Position numbers and translations under genes: made by a program | Notes under the pieces: generated by a model | What the model was told of the DNA's origin: nothing | What the model saw: the letters and a program-made list of their open reading frames with translations, nothing else | Database searches by the model: none | Shown: in pieces, positions 41,712-49,761 of the stretch | Numbering within the stretch: position 1 is the first letter of the stretch | Layout: each line of letters opens with the position of its first letter | Assembly: GCA_049512315.1 (NCBI GenBank) | Contig: JBEKXF010000017.1 | Span: 1-64,000 of the forward strand | Direction of reading: 5' to 3' | Source: Candidatus Aminicenantales bacterium | GTDB taxonomy: Bacteria > Acidobacteriota > Aminicenantia > Aminicenantales > Saccharicenantaceae | Length of the DNA stretch: 64,000 nucleotides

Positions 41712-42325
41712 ATGGAGATGAAAATGAGATTGAAAAAGATCTTACTTGTTCTTTGGTCCGTACTATCAGTCCTTATCCCCTTGCGGCAGGGACTCGCTCA
41801 AACGATCGTCAACCCCGACATCAGCTTTATCGGCGATATGAGGCTCACCGGACTTCATTATGCCCCTCCCGCTGTGGGCGAGAATAAGATGCTTTTTGAT
41901 TTTCACGAGCTGGAGATCACCGCCGGAAGTCATCTGAACCCCTACGTTCGCGCGGATGTGACCTTGGGGATTACTCAAAGCGGGATCGACATTGAAGAGG
42001 CCTATGCCGCACTTCTCCGCGGATTCCCTTTGAATCTGCTGATCAAGGCCGGCCAATACCGGGTGGATTTCGGGGAGCTCAATACTCAACATACACATCA
42101 ATGGCCTTGGGTCGAAAGGCCTTTGATATTTAAGCGCTTCTTCGGCGAAGAGGGACTGGATGCCGTCGGGGTAAACATCTCGAGCCTGGTCAGTCTCGGA
42201 GACAACGCCCTCACGCTTTCTGGAAATGTTTTCACCGGCGGTTCTTATTGAGGAGATTCCAAGGGCCGAACCCTCGATAATCTAGCCGAGAACGCCAGGA
42301 TCTCTGTTTTCGCGCCTTTGACAGG
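41712..42325 (+). pseudogene. Outer-membrane beta-barrel (porin-like) protein, truncated
   Basis: NPDISFIGD, IEEAY and FGELNTQHTHQW motifs. TGA at 42249-42251; the frame stays plausible briefly and is then cut just before the riboswitch module. Confidence 0.6.
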
Positions 42326-42345
42326 ACCTCATCCCTAACAGGGTA

Positions 42346-42374
42346 TTGACAATTACTCCGGTCCCATTTATCTT
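42346..42374 (+). promoter_or_regulatory. Sigma-70 promoter of module 1
   Basis: TTGACA-N17-TATCTT; the predicted TSS (~42381) coincides with the aptamer 5' end. Confidence 0.7.
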
Positions 42375-42381
42375 ATATAAG

Positions 42382-42485
42382 GCATCAAGAGCGGCCACCG
42401 GATGAGTGGCCCGGCAACCTGGGACGGACACCCAAGGTGCCACTCGCGTCGAGCGAGGATGCGGCCGGAGGGCAACAAAATGTCC
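42382..42485 (+). ncRNA. SAM-I/IV-like riboswitch, copy 1
   Basis: P1 GCATC/GATGC, J1/2 AAGAG, P2 GGCCAC/GTGGCC, P3 core GGC-AA-CC...GG-T-GCC, P4 CTCGC/GCGAG, short P5, pseudoknot GGACA(42426-30)/TGTCC(42481-85). Confidence 0.8.
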
Positions 42486-42615
42486 ATTTTTTATTTCCGT
42501 CCTTCATCCTCCCGAAGCCAGGTCGCGCAGGCGCTGTCTTGCGCAGGCCGCGACCGACGGTCCGGGCCAGGCCCCATTTGTCCGTCCCCAGAATCTCGAT
42601 CAACGGAGGACGTTC

Positions 42616-43272
42616 ATGTGTGACACAAGAGGCCAGGTGTATCTCGAGAAGGTTCCGGGAAAGGAGAAGGAGGCGCGATGGTCCGACGTCCCCTATCTCA
42701 TCCGCATCCCGGGCCGGCCCGAACTCTCGCTCTTCCCTGACATGTTGACTTGGTACGTCGGCGACCATTCGGTGGAAAAGCCGATCGTCCGGAGCGTCAG
42801 CTACTTTCCCTGGCCCCTCAGCCTGCGCCGGCGGCCGGACGGCGCCACGCTCGAGATGGATTACCAGTCCATTCACGACCCCAGGTGCTGGATTTCCTTC
42901 AAGGCGGCCATGGATCGCTCCAGCTGGCGGGCCGATAAGTTCTTTCAAGGTGAAAACGTCGGGACGACCATCGGGAAGCCGGGGAGCACCTTCATTATGA
43001 ATCTCGCGCTCCTTCCTATCAACCAGGGGGAAAAACACGTTGCGCGCGATTGGCCGGCTGAAGAGATAGCGGCCACTTATCGGCGCATGGTTAAAGCGCC
43101 TTGCGCGCGCAGGGATCCAAGCCCCGAGCCGGACTTCCCGTCGATGTGCCTGAGCCTCCTCGAGTATGCACATAGATACTTCAACCTCAGCCGCGAACGG
43201 GCGGCTTGGATGCTCATCGAGATCCTCCGATGCGAGGTGGCGTTCGAGACCCCCGGCTCCAGGCCTAGTTAA
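42616..43272 (+). CDS. Hypothetical protein (218 aa) downstream of riboswitch 1
   Basis: GGAGG RBS at 42605, ATG at 42616; no family recognised. Confidence 0.65.
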   Translation: MCDTRGQVYLEKVPGKEKEARWSDVPYLIRIPGRPELSLFPDMLTWYVGDHSVEKPIVRSVSYFPWPLSLRRRPDGATLEMDYQSIHDPRCWISFKAAMDRSSWRADKFFQGENVGTTIGKPGSTFIMNLALLPINQGEKHVARDWPAEEIAATYRRMVKAPCARRDPSPEPDFPSMCLSLLEYAHRYFNLSRERAAWMLIEILRCEVAFETPGSRPS

Positions 43273-43293
43273 GGTCAACCGCCGCTGAGGATA

Positions 43294-43361
43294 GAGTGTG
43301 CGCGTGATAAGCATATCATCCTATATCACTTCCGGGGAGTCCCGGGATTCTACCCCCCCCT
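43294..43361. repeat. Conserved 3' element, copy A
   Basis: GAGTGT.CGCG....AAGCATATCATCC...GGGAGTCCCGGGAT.CTAC..CCCCCCT, repeated at 44844-44912. Confidence 0.8.
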
Positions 43362-43511
43362 CGTAATCTATCTTTCTAAAGTTCTTCGGTTGAAAACGCC
43401 TGCGTTTGCTCCGAGCTTAATCCCCGGAGTACAAGCTGGACGCGCGAGTCTGGGGTCAAATTGATAACTTCTGTGTGGATGACTTCAGGTAACTGATATC
43501 TAAAATATCAC

Positions 43512-43540
43512 TTGACTTCTTCGACTCTTCGACGTATTAT
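43512..43540 (+). promoter_or_regulatory. Sigma-70 promoter of module 2
   Basis: TTGACT-N17-TATTAT; the predicted TSS (~43546) coincides with the aptamer 5' end. Confidence 0.75.
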
Positions 43541-43546
43541 TTAAGT

Positions 43547-43660
43547 GCATTAGGAGAGGTCCTCTAATGTAGGGCCCGGCAACCTGGGACGAACACCCAA
43601 GGTGCCAACTCGCTGACGGCGAGGATGCGGTCGCTGAAAAGGGCGACAACGAAGTGTTCG
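43547..43660 (+). ncRNA. SAM-I/IV-like riboswitch, copy 2
   Basis: P1 GCATT/GATGC, J1/2 AGGAG, P2 GGTCCT/AGGGCC, the same P3 core, P4 CTCGC/GCGAG, P5 GTCGC/GCGAC, pseudoknot CGAACAC(43590-96)/GTGTTCG(43654-60). Confidence 0.8.
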
Positions 43661-43669
43661 AGCGCGTTG

Positions 43670-43704
43670 ACCCGCTCTCCTGATGTAGGAGAAGCGGGTT
43701 TTTT
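43670..43704 (+). terminator. Riboswitch-controlled intrinsic terminator
   Basis: ACCCGCT-CTCCT-GATGT-AGGAG-A-AGCGGGTTTTTT. Its 5' arm can instead pair over 13 bp with 43546-43558. Confidence 0.8.
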
Positions 43705-43816
43705 GTTGCCCGCCTATATTCGTCCCGCATCCGAATCCCACGCTCCCGCCGCTGTCTCCGGTGCCGCAGGAGGTCTGTCATGGCGATTGGTTCCATTCGT
43801 TGAGGGAGGGCGGACA

Positions 43817-44776
43817 ATGACAACCCAGGGCGGTTATCCCGCGGACGAGAAGTGCCAGGTAGAAGGCTGCATGAACGTGGCGACGTGCGGCACCCCGCTC
43901 CCCGGCGGCGGATGGGAATGGGTCTGCCGCGCCCATTACCGGCGGCCGGGCCGGCCCTTTCTCCTGAAGCTCGTCGGGGAGGGAAAAATTTCGACGGAAA
44001 GCGAAGAGCCCCAGAAGGACGCCTGCCAGACCAGGATCCCCATCCCCGACACGGAAACCTGCAGGGCCCTTCGCCTGCCGCACTTCGACGGCTTCCCGTA
44101 TCTCGCCACCTATGTCGTCCCGACCTTCTATCACGTCATTCTCCTGCCGTCGGGCCTCGATCCGGAGGAGATGACGAGGATCGCCGTGCATCAGGCGACG
44201 TTCAACCGCCTGCAAACGTGCCTTGTCCTCGGCGAAGAGTCTTGCGTCTATTTCGGGAAGAACGGCTCCCAGGCTTCATCCGATTGCGTGCCCGGGTGCT
44301 CGAACTGGGTCACGGACAGGCTGCTCCCCGGGCCGATCCTCGTCGAAGACGAGGAATTGAAGGGGAGAAAGGAACGGCTCCGCGCTTTCATCAAGGCCGC
44401 GACGCGCACCGGCTATCTCTTTGGCGATTTGACGAAAGGCGGAAGGCCGGCGACGGAGGAAGAGAAGGTGAGGCTCGCCGGCTTCTCGGCCCGCGCGATC
44501 CCGAAGGGCCTAACCCATTGCGGGGTGTGCGGCGGGTGGAGGGGCGAGTGTCTCGACCCCAAGACCGACGTTTTCAAGGACAAGGTGATGAAGGTCTACT
44601 GCCGCTGCCAGAACGACAACCTGTGCGCCCGCTGCGGCCGGCCGCTCTATGAGTACAAGCTCAACGCCAATTTTTACGGGGAGGACGGCCATATCTGGCA
44701 CGTCCCGGGCTTCTGCGGCCTCCAGCATCGCTGCGCGGACATTCAGAAGCTGAATATTGGGACACGGGGGAGCTGA
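43817..44776 (+). CDS. Cys-rich hypothetical protein (319 aa) downstream of riboswitch 2
   Basis: GGAGG RBS; CQVEGC..C..H, CGVC, CRC, CARC and CGLQHRC are putative metal-binding clusters. Confidence 0.75.
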   Translation: MTTQGGYPADEKCQVEGCMNVATCGTPLPGGGWEWVCRAHYRRPGRPFLLKLVGEGKISTESEEPQKDACQTRIPIPDTETCRALRLPHFDGFPYLATYVVPTFYHVILLPSGLDPEEMTRIAVHQATFNRLQTCLVLGEESCVYFGKNGSQASSDCVPGCSNWVTDRLLPGPILVEDEELKGRKERLRAFIKAATRTGYLFGDLTKGGRPATEEEKVRLAGFSARAIPKGLTHCGVCGGWRGECLDPKTDVFKDKVMKVYCRCQNDNLCARCGRPLYEYKLNANFYGEDGHIWHVPGFCGLQHRCADIQKLNIGTRGS

Positions 44777-44843
44777 GAGGAGAACGCCAATGGGAGAAAT
44801 CCACTTCAGGGCCGATAGGCTCTTTTCCTGGGACCTGGGAATT

Positions 44844-44912
44844 GAGTGTTCGCGCAAGAAGCATATCATCCCAACGCATCGCCCGGGAGTCCCGGGATCC
44901 TACGCCCCCCCC
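44844..44912. repeat. Conserved 3' element, copy B
   Basis: Homologous to 43294-43361; contains the palindrome CCCGGGAGTCCCGGG. Confidence 0.8.
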
Positions 44913-44960
44913 TATCCAAACGGGGGAAGTCGAGAGTCAACGTCGACACAGGAGGCACGA

Positions 44961-45650
44961 ATGAAAGCTCATATCACAAGAGCTATGGGCTATGTCAGGG
45001 TCTCTACAGAAGAACAAGCCCGGGAAGGGGTATCCATCGAGGCCCAGGAAGAGAGGATCAGGGCACTGGCGACGGCCAAGGGCTGGAGCCTGGGCAACAT
45101 CATCAGAGACGCCGGCTATTCAGGAAAGAACCTCAATCGGCCCGGCGCTAAGGCCCTCCTGGACATCTGTCTAAGGGCCGGTACAGACGTCGTGATCGTC
45201 TACAAGGTCGACCGGATCACCAGGAAACAGAAGGATTTGTGGTATCTCCTCGAGGAGGTCTTCGAGGCAAACGGGGTCGGCTTTGTGTCCGTCACCGAGG
45301 CGTTCGACACTACCACAGCCGCCGGGAAGGCCTTTCTGGGCGTGATCGGCATCTTTGCCCAGCTGGAAAGAGATCTTGTCTCTGAGCGCACGCGAGAGGC
45401 CCTAGGCCAAAAGAAGCGCAGGGGCCAGTGGATTGGCCGCAGGCCCACGGGGTTCAGGATCAACGAAGGGGGCAGGCTCGAGGAAGACGCCGACGCATTG
45501 AAGATGATCGCCCGGGCCAAGAGGTTGCGCAGGGAAGGCGCCAGCTTTGGAGACATTTCCAGGTCACTTGGGGCCTCAAAAACTACAATCTACAGGCTTG
45601 TAAACGTCAACCTCAGGTGTCTCAAGGCTAGGTATAGCAATGAGTTATGA
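44961..45650 (+). CDS. Serine recombinase (resolvase/invertase family) with C-terminal HTH
   Basis: GYVRVSTEEQ, SGKNLNRPG, VYKVDRITR, FAQLERD..SERT and SKTTIYR motifs; GGAGG RBS. Confidence 0.92.
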   Translation: MKAHITRAMGYVRVSTEEQAREGVSIEAQEERIRALATAKGWSLGNIIRDAGYSGKNLNRPGAKALLDICLRAGTDVVIVYKVDRITRKQKDLWYLLEEVFEANGVGFVSVTEAFDTTTAAGKAFLGVIGIFAQLERDLVSERTREALGQKKRRGQWIGRRPTGFRINEGGRLEEDADALKMIARAKRLRREGASFGDISRSLGASKTTIYRLVNVNLRCLKARYSNEL

Positions 45651-45658
45651 GGAGAAAG

Positions 45659-45686
45659 TGTTCCATAAAGGTCCGTTATTGGAACG
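45659..45686. other. Candidate resolvase crossover (res) site
   Basis: Imperfect dyad GTTCCATAA-AGGTCCG-TTATTGGAAC directly after the recombinase stop. Confidence 0.5.
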
Positions 45687-46159
45687 CGCTGCAAGCATGC
45701 ATGCCGCTTTAAGGAGATCCTATCTAGTTGATTAATAAAATGTTACGAAACAAGCCGCGAAGCACTTCTAACCAGGAAGACTTTGGTTTTCCCCATATAA
45801 ACACGGCAAAAGCCCAAGGATTCATCAAGACTGGTTTGGTGTTCGCTTGGGCATATATCAAACACTGTCCCAAAGGAGGTTAACATGCTCTAGTAAATTT
45901 AAAAATCCTAGGGATCAACCAGTACGAGGCACACTCTAAGTGTGCGCAATCTGGGAAGAGCCTGGGGATAAGTCTGGCAATTTATTCTGGGCAGATCAAA
46001 CACTGCCCGAGAGGAGGATCTATGCATGATCCATAAAAACTAAGGACGGAGCTTGTCATCAGCTAGTTGGCTCGAGGAGGGTACACGTGCGCCTGAATTA
46101 TGTGCAAACCCTCTCGGCCGGCTCGGATTGGCAAACGACTTTAAGAAAGGATATTAACT

Positions 46160-46567
46160 ATGTTTACTACTGTAATTTTCGACGAACCCGCCTGCATGGC
46201 TGTCATCGACAGCCTCATTACCGAGCGGGTTCAACAGTCCTATGACAGATTCGGAGAAGGGCTACTTCCAGAGCCTTTCGTTGACAGGTGGCCCGTCTGG
46301 ATGTGGGCCGGTCAGGTTCTCATTAATCCTGAACGCCCCCGGCATTCCTTTCAGGATGGCCACCGCGTCAGACTGATTGAGTACCTGAAGATTAAACTCA
46401 TGCCGAGTAAGTTCATCACTACCACGAATCCTAGGCAAAGCATGGAGTCATACTTAGGCCCTCATGCTGCTATACGGCTGCCTCTGCCCCAGGTAATCCG
46501 GAGGAGCAATCGGATGGCCCACGAGGTCCAGACGACCAGCAGCGAGAATGGTGGCGACGATGACTGA
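46160..46567 (+). CDS. Hypothetical protein
   Basis: AAGGA RBS; overlaps the helicase start. Confidence 0.5.
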   Translation: MFTTVIFDEPACMAVIDSLITERVQQSYDRFGEGLLPEPFVDRWPVWMWAGQVLINPERPRHSFQDGHRVRLIEYLKIKLMPSKFITTTNPRQSMESYLGPHAAIRLPLPQVIRRSNRMAHEVQTTSSENGGDDD

Positions 46568-47639
46568 CCAACAAAAGACAGCTAAGCCGTCCGACTTCTC
46601 CCCCGCCCCCCTATCCGAGTCCCTCCTCGATTTTCTTGATCGGCCGATAAGGCCACGCGACATCTTCATGAAGTACTGGCTCGAGAAGGAGGGGCTGACG
46701 TTCCTCGCCGGCGAACATAAGACCGGCAAGTCGATCCTGGCCATGAACATAGCCATCAGCCTGGCGCTGGGACGAGAATTCTTGGGCTTTGAGATTCGGA
46801 CTCCCAGGAAGGTCCTGCTCGTCCAACAAGAGATCTCCGACCCCCTTATGAAGGATAGGATCGACAAGATGATCAAGTCCTGCCCACGAGATCTGCTGGC
46901 CAACCTGGTCATCCCGATAAGGCAAGACCAGGCATGGAAACTCAGCAGACCACATGACCGTGAAATCATGGGCGAGATTGTGCGAGATCACAAGATCGAC
47001 CTGATAATTTTTGATCCCCTCATGACTTTCCACGACAAGCAAGAAAATGACAACGCTGTTATGTCCGGGATCCTCGGATACTTCGCCGACCTCATAAAGA
47101 AGTACGGTGTTGGAATTCTCGTGATCCACCACTTCGGGAAACCCTCCCAGGTAGAAAGGCAAGGCAGTTACAAGATGCGGGGGGCCAGCGTGCTGGGCGA
47201 CAGGCCCGATGCGATCATCATCTCGACCCGGCTACCCGAAAAGTACAGGCAGACTCCGTTTTCACAGCCGTTTGAGAACTACGCCCAGCTGAGCTTCACC
47301 CTCAGGAGCGATGAGGAGCCAGAAAGCATTGTCATTGAGAGGGACAGCGAAACTCTCTGGTACAGCCGGTACGAGCTACCGGGATACCTCGGCAAGAAGA
47401 TCCCCCCGACAATTGTGGCCGACGTTGTGAAAATGCATGGTGGCTCTCTCCCTCAAGGTGAGGTGCAGACGATCCTGGAAAAGATCGCCAGCCATCGGAT
47501 TGCATTCAACGCCATCAAGGAAGCCAAGGCCTTGGGCCTTGTCATAGCCCAACAGCTCCCCGGAAAAGGAAGCCCCCTCGTGCTTATGTTACCTGAGATT
47601 TATGAGGCCCAGGGGGCTATGTGCAAGGGGGTAGCATAA
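46560..47639 (+). CDS. AAA_25 / RepA-like SF4 helicase ATPase
   Basis: Walker A AGEHKTGKS, Walker B DLIIFDPL, IHHFGK and RGAS motifs. Confidence 0.85.
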   Translation: MTDQQKTAKPSDFSPAPLSESLLDFLDRPIRPRDIFMKYWLEKEGLTFLAGEHKTGKSILAMNIAISLALGREFLGFEIRTPRKVLLVQQEISDPLMKDRIDKMIKSCPRDLLANLVIPIRQDQAWKLSRPHDREIMGEIVRDHKIDLIIFDPLMTFHDKQENDNAVMSGILGYFADLIKKYGVGILVIHHFGKPSQVERQGSYKMRGASVLGDRPDAIIISTRLPEKYRQTPFSQPFENYAQLSFTLRSDEEPESIVIERDSETLWYSRYELPGYLGKKIPPTIVADVVKMHGGSLPQGEVQTILEKIASHRIAFNAIKEAKALGLVIAQQLPGKGSPLVLMLPEIYEAQGAMCKGVA

Positions 47640-47670
47640 ATGACCTACCTTGCTGATTCTGTTGAAGTTG

Positions 47671-47770
47671 TTTTGTTACACCGGGGGGTGGAACAAATGA
47701 GATTTATGATACCCCTGGGTGTAATAAATGAACGCCTTGAAAATAAAGAAGTTACTCTATTTGTTACACC
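47671..47770. repeat. Iteron-like inverted/direct repeats (candidate replication origin)
   Basis: TTGTTACACC-GGGG-GGTGGAACAA, TTTATGATACCC-CT-GGGTGTAATAAA, and another TTGTTACACC at 47761, in an AT-rich tract. Confidence 0.5.
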
Positions 47771-48102
47771 TACTTCACAAGTATCAGAGGCACCTTTCTT
47801 TTTCCAAGCCATTCCTCGTCCTGTACTCACAATTCACATTGTATTGACGCACCAAACTACTTACTCACTAGCACCAAGCTCCAACGACGCCGGCTCCCGA
47901 GGGGGAGCCGGCGCGCCACAGCCTGCTCCTTCACAGTCGGCAATTTGCTTTTCCAGGCAACCCGGTCATTACGTCCAGGGAGGTGACTTACCAGTCAATA
48001 AAAACGTACGGGCGGGCCTCACGGCCCTCCCCCTCCTTATGCCTGGAGTACGTGAGTCGGGATCCCACAGGACGACTCAATGTCGGCACAGGGAGGCCAG
48101 CC

Positions 48103-49485
48103 ATGAGTAGCCAGTGCCTCCTGACAGTGAAACAGCTCAGTGAGCAGCTGGGGTGTAGCATTTGCACGGTGTATCGGATGGCCAAGCACGAGATCCCAAG
48201 TATCAGGCTCAGGGGCCGTGATATTAGGTTCAAACAGACGGACGTAGACCATTGGCTGGAGAGGAAGAAAGCTAGTCCTTTTCTGGATCCTCTGGTTATG
48301 CCGTCACTGGGTGTTGATCTATCCCTGGACAATTATGATAAACTTTACCTGAAAGGAGGTAAGAATATGAAGTCGAAGGGACGAAGATGGACATACCCCT
48401 TCGGCTCAGTCTATGTCAGACCATCAAGATCGGGTAAGGAACGCTGGTACATCTACTACCGAGCCGAAAGCCGGCAGTACGTGCGGGAGGCCGTGAAAGG
48501 CGCCACAAGCCGGGCCGAAGCGCTGAAGGTTCTCCAGCAGAAGGTCACTGAAATCTTCCGGGATTCCACCGGGATGAAAAAGCCCAAGGCCAGGATCACA
48601 TTCAGCGAGCTCGCCAAAACCTACCTGGCCAACACGACACAGCTCAAGGATTGGCGGAACAACAAGTACAGACTGGACCTCAGCCTGCTTCCCTTCTTCG
48701 GCAAGCTCTACCTGGATGAGATTACCCCCAGGCACATCGAGGAGTACCGGGCCGAGAGGCTCAAGAAGGTCAAGCCCATCACCACGAACCGGGAGCTGGC
48801 TCTTCTCAAGGGCATGTTCACCAAGGCCATCGACTACGGCTACGTGACGGCGAACCCGGTGAAGAAGGTGAAGATGATCCCCGAAGGCGACTGCGCAAGG
48901 GAACGGATCCTCACGCAAGAGGAGGAAGAGCGGCTCATGGCAGAAGCGGTTCCCCACTTAAGACCGTTCCTTGTCATTGCGCTCAACAGCGGCATGCGCC
49001 GAGGGGAGATTCTGAAGCTCGCGTGGTCGGAGATCGACTTCCGTAACCGCCTGGTGCATGTTATCAAGACCAAGCGGAACAAGAACCGACTGATTCCGAT
49101 GAACAACATCCTGTACAGAACGCTTCAGGAGCTAAGGTCTGAGGCCAATGGTTCCGAGAGGGTCTATCCGTTAAAGCATGTCCAAGGCGCCTTCGAGACG
49201 GCCCGGACGAAGGCAGGCCTCAGCGGGCTACGGCTTCATGACCTCCGCCACACCTTCGCTACGCGTCTCATCCAATCGGGTGTCGATGTCTTCACGGTGC
49301 AGAAGCTTCTCGGCCACAGCACGATCACGATGACCATGCGGTACGTGCACTCGTTTGAGGCCCAAATGCGTGATGCGGTGGCCCAACTCGACAAAAAGTT
49401 TGCTCAATCTCTGCTCAATTCTCAACCTGGCCTCTCCCCCACTTCGGGGGAGAGGCAGGTATCTCAAGCAGGATCAGTGAATTAA
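48103..49485 (+). CDS. Tyrosine integrase with in-frame N-terminal excisionase-like HTH; internal start at 48367
   Basis: LLTVKQLSEQLGCSICTVYR...PSIRL...IRF HTH; catalytic SGMRRGE, K, HDLRHTFA, LLGH and RY; RBSs at 48091 and 48354. Confidence 0.92.
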   Translation: MSSQCLLTVKQLSEQLGCSICTVYRMAKHEIPSIRLRGRDIRFKQTDVDHWLERKKASPFLDPLVMPSLGVDLSLDNYDKLYLKGGKNMKSKGRRWTYPFGSVYVRPSRSGKERWYIYYRAESRQYVREAVKGATSRAEALKVLQQKVTEIFRDSTGMKKPKARITFSELAKTYLANTTQLKDWRNNKYRLDLSLLPFFGKLYLDEITPRHIEEYRAERLKKVKPITTNRELALLKGMFTKAIDYGYVTANPVKKVKMIPEGDCARERILTQEEEERLMAEAVPHLRPFLVIALNSGMRRGEILKLAWSEIDFRNRLVHVIKTKRNKNRLIPMNNILYRTLQELRSEANGSERVYPLKHVQGAFETARTKAGLSGLRLHDLRHTFATRLIQSGVDVFTVQKLLGHSTITMTMRYVHSFEAQMRDAVAQLDKKFAQSLLNSQPGLSPTSGERQVSQAGSVN

Positions 49486-49493
49486 CCATGAAC

Positions 49494-49588
49494 GGGAGGG
49501 TCAAGGTCCCGGTGGGCCTTCCGGACTTCAAATCCGGTATGGGGCTATCAACGTCCCGGGTGGGTTCGACTCCCACACCTTCCCGCCA
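49494..49588 (+). tRNA. selC: tRNA-Sec (UCA)
   Basis: 8-bp acceptor GGGAGGGT/ACCTTCCC with G discriminator and CCA, 6-bp D stem, anticodon arm CCGGA-CTTCAAA-TCCGG, long variable arm, T arm GTGGG-TTCGACT-CCCAC; 95 nt. Confidence 0.95.
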
Positions 49589-49761
49589 CTCCCTCTGATA
49601 AAGCGCAATATCAGCGACTTAACAGATCTATCCGCGGTCCCGGCTGCTCGTTTCGGAGCTTATGCGGTTTTATGCGATTTTAAGCCATTTTCTGATGTGG
49701 GATGGGACGTCAAAAACACGCCAGTTGGTTTCGACCAGGGAAGAGGCCGGGGAAGGCAGGG

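Larger units (their letters stand above)
4083..49532. mobile_element. ~45-kb genomic island integrated at tRNA-Sec
   Basis: Flanking tRNA-derived direct repeats, an adjacent tyrosine integrase/excisionase, replication-type genes, and many IS relics and pseudogenes inside. Confidence 0.8.

Noticed and set aside
42249..42251. In-frame TGA in the porin-like gene as selenocysteine
   Set aside because: No redox or Cys-motif context, no convincing SECIS, and the gene is truncated shortly afterwards.
44961..45650. Serine recombinase as an IS607 transposase or large serine integrase
   Set aside because: It has an N-terminal catalytic domain with a short C-terminal HTH, no TnpB and no large recombinase or zinc-ribbon region, which fits a resolvase.
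47640..48110. 156-aa ORF between the helicase and xis-int
   Set aside because: It spans the repeat, hairpin and AT-rich tract with atypical composition; more likely non-coding, though not excluded.
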